Of a DNA stretch of 64,000 bases, positions 1-9,675 are shown one piece after another; the first letter of the stretch is position 1, and each line of letters begins with the position of its first letter. The position numbers and the translations under genes were made by a program. The stretch spans positions 2,048,001 to 2,112,000 of the forward strand of contig CP147780.1 in assembly GCA_037310415.1 (NCBI GenBank), read 5' to 3'. Below the pieces are notes generated by a model. It was not told where the DNA came from and searched no databases. It saw only the letters and a list, made by a program, of their open reading frames with translations. Source of the DNA: Candidatus Atabeyarchaeum deiterrae. Its GTDB lineage: Archaea > Asgardarchaeota > Atabeyarchaeia > Atabeyarchaeales > Atabeyarchaeaceae.

Positions 1-2
1 AA

Positions 3-95
3 GGCAAGTTGAGGGTGAAGGTTGATATTGTGTCAGAGGGGGCGGTGAGGAGCGAGCTGAGAGAGCAGATAATGAACGAGGTCGTGCCAGTTTGA
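3..95 (+). CDS. C-terminal fragment of minimal nucleotidyltransferase (MNT antitoxin), truncated by window edge
   Basis: Frame from 3 reads GKLRVKVDIVSEGAVRSELREQIMNEVVPV*, typical of an MNT C-terminus; its stop overlaps the TTG start of the DUF86 gene (TTGA, 92-95). Confidence 0.8.
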   Translation, partial: GKLRVKVDIVSEGAVRSELREQIMNEVVPV

Positions 96-457
96 ACAGA
101 GACTATAGACTGTTTATTAGGGACATGGTATCAGCTATGGAATCCATTGAGGCTTTTGTTGGTGCATCGAGCCTCAGTGATTTTAAGCAGGACGACAAGA
201 CGGCGAGTGCAGTGGTTAGGAAGTTTGAGATTATTGGAGAAGCAACGAAACAAATACCGGAATCCTTGAGAAGAAGGCATCCCGAAATCCCATGGAAAAG
301 TATGGCTGGCATGAGAGACAGACTTGTTCACGCCTATTTCGGCATAGACTACAAACTTGTTTGGGAAGCCATCAAGCGGCAGATTCCCGACTTGAAACCC
401 AAGTTGAAGGCGCTGCTAACCGAACTTGAGGAAGAGCCGCACAGGTTCACAAGGTAG
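92..457 (+). CDS. DUF86/HepT-like HEPN ribonuclease toxin
   Basis: AVVRKFEIIGEA and IPWKSMAGMRDRLVHAYFG (R-X4-H HEPN motif); coupled to upstream MNT. Confidence 0.92.
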   Translation: MNRDYRLFIRDMVSAMESIEAFVGASSLSDFKQDDKTASAVVRKFEIIGEATKQIPESLRRRHPEIPWKSMAGMRDRLVHAYFGIDYKLVWEAIKRQIPDLKPKLKALLTELEEEPHRFTR

Positions 458-553
458 TGCTTACCTGGTTTCGGTCGACTCAAAACTTATATCATAGGGC
501 AGACTCCCATATCTACGCATAATTCGATCACGCGTCGATGTGAGGTTCTTGAA

Positions 554-1684
554 ATGCTGAAAAAGGATGCTGAAGATGTTTATCGAAAGTTGCGTAAGCA
601 CTTGGACGAGTTTCCAATTGGTTTTCCTTCCACTGAGTCAGGTGTGGAAATGCGCCTTTTGAAGTACTTCTTTACTCCGGAGGAAGCGGAGTTAGCGATG
701 CACCTTACGATTCTTCCGCAAACGCTTGAACAGATCCACAAGTCGTTGGAAAAGACGGGCGTTCCCATCGATAAGCTGGAGCACACGTTAGCTCAGATGG
801 CTAGAAAGGGAAGCATATACTTCGTAAAGGGTAAGGGGAACAACTACTATCTGAATGCGCAGCTTGCAATTGGGATGTATGAACATCAAGTAAACAAGCT
901 CACCAAGGAATTCCTGGAGGACATGCACCAGTACTTTGATGAGTCATTTGGAAAGGAACTAACACGGCCTGGTAGCTCGCAGATGCGTATTATCCCTGTG
1001 GACAAGAGTGTCACTCCAGAGTACAAAGTTGAAACCTTCGAGAATTTGAAGCAGATCATTGAAGATTTCAACGGGCCGATTAGTGTTGCTAACTGCATAT
1101 GCCGTCAAGGGAATGACCTCCTCGGGCAGCCGTGTAAACAGACTCACCTCCGCGAATCCTGCCTTCAATTCGGCTCTGCCGCACGTATGTACGTGGAGGA
1201 GAAACGCGGCCGCTTCATAACAAAAGATGAGACACTTGAAATCTTGAGGAAAGCCCAGGAAGACGGTCTGGTGCTAGAAATGATGAATACACTCAAGCCG
1301 GCGGCTATCTGCACATGTTGCGGAGACTGCTGTGGATACCTGGCGAATGTCAAGAAGCTTGCTCGTCCTGCTGAATTCCTCCCGTCAAACTACTATGCGA
1401 AGGTTGATGCCGAGTCGTGTTCCGCATGTGAAACTTGCGTGAATGTATGCCCAATGGGTGCTCGAACTGTTAGGGATAATGTGTCGGAGGTCGATCTGGG
1501 GCGATGCATCGGTTGCGGAGTATGCGTTCCAGTGTGCACGGCTGGCGCCACTAAGCTGGTCAAGAAGGAAAAGATCACTTCTCCACCTGCGGACTCTACT
1601 GCGATGTATATGCAGATCTTGAAGAACAAAACGCAGATGAAGAGGACGGAGAAAAAGAGCATTCAACTTCACGCTCCAACGTAA
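554..1684 (+). CDS. 4Fe-4S dicluster-domain iron-sulfur protein
   Basis: CICR and ICTCCGDCCG clusters plus two C-terminal ferredoxin motifs (CSACETCVNVCP, CIGCGVCVPVC). Confidence 0.85.
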   Translation: MLKKDAEDVYRKLRKHLDEFPIGFPSTESGVEMRLLKYFFTPEEAELAMHLTILPQTLEQIHKSLEKTGVPIDKLEHTLAQMARKGSIYFVKGKGNNYYLNAQLAIGMYEHQVNKLTKEFLEDMHQYFDESFGKELTRPGSSQMRIIPVDKSVTPEYKVETFENLKQIIEDFNGPISVANCICRQGNDLLGQPCKQTHLRESCLQFGSAARMYVEEKRGRFITKDETLEILRKAQEDGLVLEMMNTLKPAAICTCCGDCCGYLANVKKLARPAEFLPSNYYAKVDAESCSACETCVNVCPMGARTVRDNVSEVDLGRCIGCGVCVPVCTAGATKLVKKEKITSPPADSTAMYMQILKNKTQMKRTEKKSIQLHAPT

Positions 1685-1722
1685 TGCATGCAGAGGTCGG
1701 ATCATGGGGGTCCTAGTGAGTC

Positions 1723-2376
1723 ATGATCGATGGTAAAACTGTCACTTACACGCTGGCGCAGGGTATTAGTGACCAAGCCAAGACCTACGGCCCTGTTTTC
1801 TCCAGACTCGTCGCGAAGGAGTCAGTCAAGCTGTTGGGTAAACTGCTGAGTCAATCTCCCCCCGATATTGACACGCTTGATGGAGCAGCCTCGTATATAA
1901 TGAGCAACCTAAACAGGTGCCCGCGTGGTTATGCTTGTCTCGCCTACGGCGTGGGGAAAGCAATCAGCACCCTCGAGGGCAGTGTGGGAGGTGGCGCCAA
2001 GATGTTTACGAAGTCTTTCCTCATGGCGGCGATGAAAAAATCAGGACTTGCAAAGGCTTCTGGAAGCACGTCGACTATAGACGCCGTGATTGCTTATCGC
2101 AAGCTGTCGCTGGCAATCAGACTCGCCGAAGAAGGATCCGGGACGTTCTCAGGCAGCGAGCATGAAGCCAATATTAAGGTGACTGACTGTGACTATGCAA
2201 ATGCTTGCATCGAAACAATCCGCGAAGGAACTTCCAGGGCAATAGGCGGGAACGTCTGCGTATGGGGTGTGTCATATGGGGTTTATGCTGAGATAGCAAC
2301 AAGCATGCAGCACGACTACAAGATGATCAAGACTGAACCTCCCAACTGTGAATTAGTTGTTTTCCGTCAAGAATGA
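1723..2376 (+). CDS. Hypothetical protein with V4R-like Cys-containing C-terminal domain; paralog of 10317..10982
   Basis: Shares YGPV..RLVA..SVK, CDY..xC, GGxxC and PPxCE motifs with 10317..10982. Confidence 0.6.
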   Translation: MIDGKTVTYTLAQGISDQAKTYGPVFSRLVAKESVKLLGKLLSQSPPDIDTLDGAASYIMSNLNRCPRGYACLAYGVGKAISTLEGSVGGGAKMFTKSFLMAAMKKSGLAKASGSTSTIDAVIAYRKLSLAIRLAEEGSGTFSGSEHEANIKVTDCDYANACIETIREGTSRAIGGNVCVWGVSYGVYAEIATSMQHDYKMIKTEPPNCELVVFRQE

Positions 2377-2560
2377 TCGTAGTAGACATTTTTCAGCGCT
2401 TGTAGACGGGCGCGTTCTTTCGCGGGAGCCGTTATTTCTCTTGTTCATGTGTGAATTCTCTTGCCGCAGTGTGGGCAGTACGTGGCATATTCGTGATCAC
2501 TGCCTTCACCTCCACAAAAGAAGATATCGGCGTTACTATGAGAATCTGATAGGTTATGAC

Positions 2561-2650
2561 TGACATACTTCCACCGCTAAAGCCTGTGGGGTTCTGGGGT
2601 CCGACAGGAAGTTCGCAATGGTCGGGACCTGTCACAGGCCCAGAACCATG
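2561..2650 (-). mobile_element. IS200/IS605-type right-end relic, possibly an orphan TnpB omega(re)RNA scaffold
   Basis: Minus strand ends AGAACCCCACAGGCTTTAGCGGTGGAAGTATGTCA (subterminal hairpin then TCA end); nested hairpins GGTTCTGGG 2590-2598 / CCCAGAACC 2639-2647; no transposase nearby. Confidence 0.6.
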
Positions 2651-2724
2651 CACAGTTAAGTGCTCGGGAACGGTGAAGTGTAAATGCTATTCTTAGATTT
2701 TGGAAATGGGAGTGACATCGGCTT

Positions 2725-3441
2725 TTGAGAAAGAATTTAGCTTTCGCCCTAGCGATGATGACAACCCTCTTGGTCTTCTCTGCTATGCTGACGTCTTCTA
2801 CAGCTGCAGACTACACTAAGGTAGGTGTAAAGGCAGGAGACACATTGGACTACTCAGTCTCAGCAAACATAGGAGTCCCGTTAACTGGGACAGCGCACGT
2901 TGCAGTCGTTGGCGTAGTGGGAACTAATGTTACAATGACCGTGGTCTTCACAATGACAAACGGAACGCAGGAGAGTCTCGGGACAATATGGGGAAATGTT
3001 AGCAACGGATATAGCGGTATCGGAATACCCATGTTTGTGTTCATGATCTGTCCGAACTTGGCCGCAGGCGATGCGGCTGTCATTGATAGTGAGGGATCCT
3101 CCTTTTTGGTGATCAACGGGACTACTACGATGGTCGCTGCGGGTGCATCTAGACAGGTGAACTACATATTGGAGAGTTTTGATATGCGTACTGCTCCACC
3201 TGCTGGAGGTCAACTAGCACCAATTCCTCCACAAGTTTATGTTGGGATGTATTGGGACAAACTCACTGGCGTAACTGCACAATGCATCACTAATCTGGGT
3301 GGAGATTGGATGAACTTCACCTTGACGTCTACATCGTTGTGGCTTCCTGACATTGTTCCCATTGTTTTGATTGGAGCAGCTGTGGGCGGAGTCGTCATCG
3401 CGGGTATAGCAGTCTATTTGCTGAAATTCAGGAAGAAGTAG
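2725..3441 (+). CDS. Secreted, C-terminally membrane-anchored surface protein (ADYxxVGVxxGD family, copy 1)
   Basis: Signal peptide, ADYTKVGVKAGD, WDKLTG, TLTST, C-terminal TM with basic tail, several N-x-S/T sequons. Confidence 0.8.
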   Translation: MRKNLAFALAMMTTLLVFSAMLTSSTAADYTKVGVKAGDTLDYSVSANIGVPLTGTAHVAVVGVVGTNVTMTVVFTMTNGTQESLGTIWGNVSNGYSGIGIPMFVFMICPNLAAGDAAVIDSEGSSFLVINGTTTMVAAGASRQVNYILESFDMRTAPPAGGQLAPIPPQVYVGMYWDKLTGVTAQCITNLGGDWMNFTLTSTSLWLPDIVPIVLIGAAVGGVVIAGIAVYLLKFRKK

Positions 3442-3473
3442 AGATCGGATGCGACAAGATGGCAAATTCTACT

Positions 3474-3497
3474 ATTTCTTCACCTTTTTCTTTTTTC
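3474..3497 (+). terminator. Putative oligo-T archaeal terminator
   Basis: T-rich tract (tttcttcacctttttctttttt) about 30 nt after the stop of 2725..3441. Confidence 0.45.
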
Positions 3498-3808
3498 ATG
3501 GCATTGCGCTCTGGATACAGAAGGATGGATTCCGGTGTCCTCGTACATGCCGGCAGGAGATTCAGGAGGCTAGCGAGTTCCTAGTCATGTGGGTGTAATT
3601 TCCCGATTTTGGCGTTCATCATTTCTCAACACGTATAAGAGGGTATCGGGGGTTTTTCAACGATGATGCGAGTCTCGCGGGGAGAACTCACCAAGGCGCA
3701 CAAACGGGCACGCGTGCGCTCAGAGTAAGATTTAACCAACCAGTCGTCAGGTTTACTACGAGAGGCATCAATCTCTTGAAACGACGATGAAATTGGTGAT
3801 ATGCCCTG

Positions 3809-4456
3809 ATGAAGAAGAATCTGGCTTTTGGACTTGTAGTCCTAACATTGTTCCTTTTGTTGTCCGTTACATTTCCTTCGACAAAGGCTGCAAGCTACAC
3901 TCAACTCGGTGTGCACGCAGGAGACACAGCAGACTACACAGTTAGATTAGGTGGCTTTTTCCCCAATACCGCGGTGAACGCCGCCCGCGTCACCTTCTGG
4001 AGTGTAAGTGGAAGTTATATTTCAGGCACGTTTACTATTTACGGCCCCAACCACGGCGAATCCTCGACGTACACGATATCCGGTGACGCTTCTAGTGGAA
4101 CGAACCACATCTACTGGTATGCCATCGCGATAAACCTTACGAAAGACGACCCGATCTACAGCGGAGCAACCATGAAGATAGATGAGACAATTACACTCGC
4201 AATTGCCGGAGAGAGCAGGATTGTGAACCACTTCGTAGGCGCTTTCGACGGGGTATACTACGACCTCTACTGGGACAAAGAAACCGGACTAATGGTAAAA
4301 TCTTACATATGCTTTCCGGACTTCGTGGAGAATCTTACGCTGACGTCCACAACAGTCTTCTCTTTTGGCTATTATCCCGTAAAACTCGTTCTGGTAGGAG
4401 GCGCAGTCGCAGTAGCGGTTCTCGCGGTTATTATCGCCTTGCGAAAACGCAAGTAG
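3809..4456 (+). CDS. Surface protein of the same family (copy 2)
   Basis: Signal peptide, ASYTQLGVHAGD, WDKETG, TLTST, C-terminal TM + RKRK. Confidence 0.8.
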   Translation: MKKNLAFGLVVLTLFLLLSVTFPSTKAASYTQLGVHAGDTADYTVRLGGFFPNTAVNAARVTFWSVSGSYISGTFTIYGPNHGESSTYTISGDASSGTNHIYWYAIAINLTKDDPIYSGATMKIDETITLAIAGESRIVNHFVGAFDGVYYDLYWDKETGLMVKSYICFPDFVENLTLTSTTVFSFGYYPVKLVLVGGAVAVAVLAVIIALRKRK

Positions 4457-4667
4457 TGAGACGGAAGACATGCGGCGAGGCAGATGAGTCGTCGCAGGAA
4501 GCTGCACTTTTCAGCCAGTATGACGATAGACCAGAACTGTACAGATTCAATTTCGAGATCGAGCAAGAAACGAGCCTCAATAGCCGACCGCCACCCCCGA
4601 ACTGACAGAGATGCAACTCTTCTCCTAGTTTGCGCGTGAGATGAAGACCGACAAGTCGCGGTTGCTC

Positions 4668-5078
4668 TCAGCCCTCTTTGAGCTTCTTATCGACGAGCTT
4701 CACGATCTTGTCGGCCCATGTGAAAGCTTCTTCAGCCTCTTCCGCATCATCGTAGTAATGAGACGGGATCTCACCGGGTAGTCCGTTCGGGTATCGTGTC
4801 GGGATGTAGTAATCGTCCAGCCTCTTCGCGCCTTTGAGGCCTCTGAACTCGGGGTCAAGAGAAGTCGCAAGTTTCAGTAGTACGGCGACAGAGTGCGTGA
4901 ATAATGGCTCCTCCTCTTTCAAGTAGAAGAATGCTTTCAGAGCTTTTTCAGCGCTTTGCTGACAAAGGTACAGAGAGAGATAGAAGCGCCTCGCCTTCAT
5001 TAGACTGGTAGCATCTTTGAGTTCTTCCTCGGCTTGGGTTAACCACCTTAACGCTTCGCCTTTAGGATCCTTTCTCAA
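4668..5078 (-). CDS. HEPN domain protein
   Basis: QQSAEKALKA, THSV, YIPTRYP; likely TTG start at 5078 after GGAGGGTGG; overlaps the end of the MNT gene. Confidence 0.9.
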   Translation of the reverse strand: MRKDPKGEALRWLTQAEEELKDATSLMKARRFYLSLYLCQQSAEKALKAFFYLKEEEPLFTHSVAVLLKLATSLDPEFRGLKGAKRLDDYYIPTRYPNGLPGEIPSHYYDDAEEAEEAFTWADKIVKLVDKKLKEG

Positions 5079-5445
5079 ATACCACCCTCCCTGTTTCAAG
5101 CGCGTGTCTGATGAAGGTACTCACAGGTATGGCTTTCTCAAGCTCTTCCTTAGTGTACGCAAGAATGTCACAATCAACATCTCTCTCTGCTTCCCGGTAG
5201 ATTCTGCTCATCCAGTCTTTCCCACTCTTGCTCGATGGCATGACTGCAATAACATCAAGGTCGCTGTCGCTTCTAATGTTCTTGCGAGCGTACGAGCCAA
5301 ATACAATGATCTTGCTGGCTCCCATCCCTATCAGAAGTCTCTTCACTTTCTCGAGTTGCTCCTCCAGCGCCCTTTTCCGCGTCTTCTTCCGAGCGCGAAT
5401 CTCCCGCAAGGTCAATCGCATTTCAATCCCTCGTCGAACAGTCAC
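5062..5445 (-). CDS. Minimal nucleotidyltransferase (MNT)
   Basis: VFGSYAR...SDSDLD motif; alternative ATG at 5421. Confidence 0.9.
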   Translation of the reverse strand: MTVRRGIEMRLTLREIRARKKTRKRALEEQLEKVKRLLIGMGASKIIVFGSYARKNIRSDSDLDVIAVMPSSKSGKDWMSRIYREAERDVDCDILAYTKEELEKAIPVSTFIRHALETGRVVFEKGS

Positions 5446-6096
5446 CTCTCAAACTTATCAACTTTTGCTAAGCCTTCCGGTAATGTGTGTGGATTCAGAT
5501 TGGCATGAAAGCTGGATGCAGATGGCAATGTGTACGTTTGAATTGCTGCAATCCTACGAATAGTCCAGACTGGGTTTCAAGAGGAATTGGTTAGAAATCC
5601 GAAATTGAAGATTGTACTAAGTGATAGTTGTTCTACCATGCTTTGTACGAGGTACATGAACCATGTTTGACCAGATCGAGACACGGGAGGTGGATAGATG
5701 CCGCGACCAAGTATGACTAGACAGGTAGCCAGAAGAACGGCGCGAAGAACTGGAAGAAGAATGGAAGCTTCCGAGCGTCATGCTGGCAAAGGAAAGCAGA
5801 AATAAGAGCGAGACGGATGAAGACCTGCTCCAAGGATATTGGACCTGCAGTTCAATCTGGCATCCTCCTCTTCTTTTTCTTGAGAGCTGCGAGTGGTTCG
5901 TCTTTGACACAGTCTCTAATTCCTTAATGCCATCACAATGAGCAACACAGTTATGGCTGCCGTCTTTGAATCCACAGTGATTGTCTCTCAGCTAATCGCT
6001 CACGATGTCTCCCACGTTCTGCGTAATCAAGTGAAAGCTTGCCGTCATTTCAAGGGGAATATGCTCCATCATGCGTACTTAGCCAACAGGTTCAAT

Positions 6097-7128
6097 CTAG
6101 AGGCTCGCGCCACAGTTTGAACAGAACTCTGAGTTCGGGAATTTTATGGCAGCGCCGCAGTACGGGCAAAATTGGTTTGCACCAGGTTTCTTGGGATGGG
6201 TCTCTTCAAGTCGCTTTTCTTGGTCAACATATCGATATGGAACTTCCTTCTCCGCTCCTACGTCTCCAACGACCCTGATGTCTTCACTTGCGGCCACATC
6301 AGACCCCCAGGCAATGTCCAGACCTACTCTCAAAGAGCATTTTAGGTTTGAGAGAGACGACTCATAGGTCAGTGGCGACTGTTGCGGTATTTGAATGCTG
6401 AACTGGCTTCCGCCTTCAGACACCTTCCCCTCTATTGGGACCGCAGATTCCAATTTCATCACTTCGGCTCTCTCTGCATGACCTCGGGCTACTGCATATT
6501 CGACGTATGCCAGACACACGTCGATTTTTCTCAGGGTTTTTCCTCCGGGATTTCTGAAATTGCACTTGCCGCTGATGACTTCTCCCCTTCTGTATTCGCC
6601 TCTTTCCAAGACGAATGTGACACCTGGGCTCTCTGAACTGCCCCAAGTGGTTGATGAGATATTGGTCGGAGAGGATCGGAAATCTCGTTGGCCAGTTGAG
6701 ATGACTGGGAGTTCTAGTGTCTCTCCTATGTCAATACCGAGGGGAACATCAATCTTCGCTGTGATCGCATACCAAATTCTAGCATGTTTGCCTCTGTATG
6801 TTGGTGGTAGTTGCTGTGGTAGCGCGAATCTGAAGGGAATCTTGTAGTCTCCAGGTTGGACTTTCCCTTTCTCCCCTAGCGGTAGGGGTAGTGGAAACTC
6901 CTGATGTACGAACTCACGATCCTCGACGGCAGTCTGTCTTTGTTGATGTGAATGCCCTCCCGAATACGAGGATGTCTCGTAGCTGACCTCGGTTCTTTCC
7001 TTCCCTGTCAGATATATGCCAGCACTTCTCTCGGAAACTGGTTTGTCAAGGTAGATACGAGCAACGCCCTTGACATCTTCCCCAGGAAGATAGAGGCCTT
7101 TTTCGAGTTCTATCGCCACCTTACCCAT
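6097..7128 (-). CDS. Arrestin-fold (arrestin N + C / Spo0M / Vps26-like) protein with C-terminal zinc ribbon
   Basis: YLPGEDVKG, GKERT, PGDYKIPFRFALPQQLPPTY.G...IWY, second lobe YRRGEVISG...PLTYES; CPYC...CSNC tail; probable start ATG 7128. Confidence 0.8.
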   Translation of the reverse strand: MGKVAIELEKGLYLPGEDVKGVARIYLDKPVSERSAGIYLTGKERTEVSYETSSYSGGHSHQQRQTAVEDREFVHQEFPLPLPLGEKGKVQPGDYKIPFRFALPQQLPPTYRGKHARIWYAITAKIDVPLGIDIGETLELPVISTGQRDFRSSPTNISSTTWGSSESPGVTFVLERGEYRRGEVISGKCNFRNPGGKTLRKIDVCLAYVEYAVARGHAERAEVMKLESAVPIEGKVSEGGSQFSIQIPQQSPLTYESSLSNLKCSLRVGLDIAWGSDVAASEDIRVVGDVGAEKEVPYRYVDQEKRLEETHPKKPGANQFCPYCGAAIKFPNSEFCSNCGASL

Positions 7129-7454
7129 AGAAACACCACACGATGAAGACGCATCACTTCTTCTTTTATGTACTCGGAAGGCTTGAAGTATTAAATCCTT
7201 CCATCTCTGCTTTGTCCAAGGTTCCATGGATTCCTCAGACTTAACGAAATGACTGGAGCAGCTCAGAAACATTGGATTGTGTGCCATCTTTGGAAGTTGT
7301 GAAGAGAGGCAGTCTTACTCTTCTCCACCTGTCGATTGCGTCGGCTTTTTCGCAGATGAAGGTCCATTCTGGGGTTAGAAGGGAGACAGTATTAAATAGG
7401 CAACTTGTTTCATTCATATTCAACGGTAACGGAATTGGATTTGGGGGGGATTCA

Positions 7455-8141
7455 GTGAGAAAAACCTTAGTGTACTCTTTAGCAGCGATTTCACTTCTTC
7501 TTATCGCCATGATTGCAGTTGTTCCATCGTCTGCAGCAGACTACACGAAAGTTGGAGTTAAGGCAGGAGACACCGCACACTACACACTTGAGGTAACTAA
7601 CTTTACTGCAGGCATGACTATGAGTGTCTACGTGAAAAATGTCACGGGAGTCATGGTGGGTGTCAACTTGACCATACTCAATCCAGACAGCTCGCTGAAT
7701 GACACGGAAATGATGCTAGGCAACATCACAGACGGAAGCGGCTTCCTTTTTCCATTCTATCCTCTCGTCGCGTCTAACCTGAAGCAAGGCGACCTGATAT
7801 ACGACCATCCAGGTAATCCAGCAATCAACGAGACCATACCAGTGAACATCGCAGGATACAGCCGCACAGTCAATTTTGTCAACTTGACCTCAGACCCAGC
7901 CAATTACATGCGCATTTGGTGGGATCAACCCACTGGGCTTGTTGTTCAAATCAGGATGCTTCTTTCTGACATGGGGATGGGGTCGATCAACGCCACGTTA
8001 ACTTCTACAACAGCATTCACTACTAGCGGCGGAGCCCCGCCATACGACATAACCACAATGGTCATAGTCATTGCCCTAGTAATCATAGTCGTTGCTGGCG
8101 CTGCAGCAGGAGTTCATAGACGGGGAAAGAGTACGATCTGA
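7455..8141 (+). CDS. Surface protein of the same family (copy 3)
   Basis: GTG start at 7455 gives a signal peptide; ADYTKVGVKAGD, WDQPTG, TLTST, C-terminal TM. Confidence 0.8.
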   Translation: MRKTLVYSLAAISLLLIAMIAVVPSSAADYTKVGVKAGDTAHYTLEVTNFTAGMTMSVYVKNVTGVMVGVNLTILNPDSSLNDTEMMLGNITDGSGFLFPFYPLVASNLKQGDLIYDHPGNPAINETIPVNIAGYSRTVNFVNLTSDPANYMRIWWDQPTGLVVQIRMLLSDMGMGSINATLTSTTAFTTSGGAPPYDITTMVIVIALVIIVVAGAAAGVHRRGKSTI

Positions 8142-8354
8142 CGAGACGCTTAAGTCACTAGCAGAGAATGTATTGGAACCAACCTCTTTCCCTCTTTTCT
8201 TGATGCTTTCCCATTGTTCCTAGTTGGTCTTCCAAGGTCAGGGTGTCAAGCGGAACAGCTTACCACGTCTCATATCATCTGTGAAATCAAGAAAAAGGGT
8301 CGCACCATGAGTTCTCGTCGGAGATAGCTAGGCTCGAGATACGACGACACTGCG

Positions 8355-9119
8355 TTATTTTGCAGTCATTTTTCTGAGGAAGTTGAGTGCCTCTCGATAT
8401 TCCAGTTTGGCGTTTATGGCTCTATCCATTACCTGGCCAACGTTCTCTCTTATCGCGGAACCATGGGAAGGCGCTATGATTTCGATCTTCTCTCTCCTAA
8501 GTGGCGAGAGGTATTTCTTGATATTTTCCTCCCTGTACCCAAGACCCTCATGAAGAATCATAATGTCGTGGACGAGTCTGTCAGTTGGTGTCCCTGGTCT
8601 TTGTGAGGAGTTTCCATTGCCTAATTGTCCAAAGTAGTCACCTGAGAAAAGGATCCCATCCGGCTTCAATAAGAAGATGACGGTTCCAGTCGTCTCGATC
8701 GGCGCGTATATTACTTCGATCCGTCGGTCGCCGATTGGGATTGTTTCCCCACCGTTTACGGAGATTACTCCCTTGACCACGCCCATGAAACCGAGTTGAA
8801 CTCTGAGAAAACTGTGCGCGACAACACTTGCATTGTATGCTTCAGATACATATTCTGGGAGTCCACCGAAATGGTCAAGATGCTCATGTGTAACGAAAAT
8901 ATGGGATACTGTCTCGAGAGGGACCATATCACTTACCGCATGCAGGAATCCATTTGCAAGGTAAGGCGTTCCCGTCTCGACCAGCACTGGAACTTTGCCC
9001 ATTATGAGAAATGAGGACACTGAGATTCCGTTTTCCGGCATATACTCAGTAAGCGCGAATATATTATCCTTGATCTCGCGGATTTCAACCATGTGTGGTC
9101 TTGCCTCAAGCATAATCAA
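8355..9119 (-). CDS. Metallo-beta-lactamase fold protein, FprA/flavodiiron N-domain-like, without a flavodoxin domain
   Basis: THEHLDH, LFSGDYFG, IAPSHG motifs. Confidence 0.8.
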   Translation of the reverse strand: MIMLEARPHMVEIREIKDNIFALTEYMPENGISVSSFLIMGKVPVLVETGTPYLANGFLHAVSDMVPLETVSHIFVTHEHLDHFGGLPEYVSEAYNASVVAHSFLRVQLGFMGVVKGVISVNGGETIPIGDRRIEVIYAPIETTGTVIFLLKPDGILFSGDYFGQLGNGNSSQRPGTPTDRLVHDIMILHEGLGYREENIKKYLSPLRREKIEIIAPSHGSAIRENVGQVMDRAINAKLEYREALNFLRKMTAK

Positions 9120-9522
9120 TATGCGAGTAGTTGCTGTTCACATCTTCTATATCTCGTTCGAGATCGTCCAAGTCGCTCTTTATCTTATCTATCAACTGTG
9201 GAGAGCTGCCGACTATTGACGTCGTGCTGAGTTTCTGCTCAATCGTCTTCAAGTATTTCTTGGCGAGTTGTTTGGCCACTGCAGTGTTGACTCTAGAAAC
9301 GGTTGCTAGCATCAATCTCTGACCAACCGCTAGTGAGATCTGGTTTCTGCCAGTGACGACCTGCTCTATTGATTCATTTAGAACATTCAGTGTAAAGGAT
9401 CGGATCGCGCTCAAGGCTGAGACCGCCAGTTCCGATGCAGTCGTGGGCGGCACTCCGTAGAACTTGTCGTGAATCAAGATCCCGTCTTTCGTGCCGAGTA
9501 TGTAGCCATAGATCATTGGCAT
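9106..9522 (-). CDS. Longin-like domain protein
   Basis: YILGTKDGILIHDKF...LAVSALSAIRSFTLNVL.ESIEQV pattern resembling Asgard longins; probable ATG at 9522. Confidence 0.6.
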   Translation of the reverse strand: MPMIYGYILGTKDGILIHDKFYGVPPTTASELAVSALSAIRSFTLNVLNESIEQVVTGRNQISLAVGQRLMLATVSRVNTAVAKQLAKKYLKTIEQKLSTTSIVGSSPQLIDKIKSDLDDLERDIEDVNSNYSHIDYA

Positions 9523-9675
9523 CTCAAAATGCTCCTCTTGAGAAACGAACATGCATTTCCCGATTCTGAAGAAAGAACCGTCCCCACCTGAGATATATCT
9601 TTTTCTTCCATTCGTTCTGGTAACTGAAGAAGGCAACTACGTATATCGTATTCTCAGGGCTTCGCGGAGATCCGA

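Noticed and set aside
5617-5910. 97-aa Ser-rich ORF
   Set aside because: Composition looks like an off-frame translation and no motif is evident; possibly a decayed gene but unsupported
7128-7455. Long N-terminal extensions of ORFs 6097..7287 and 7272..8141
   Set aside because: They overlap head to head across a promoter-like AT-rich region; downstream starts fit the protein families better
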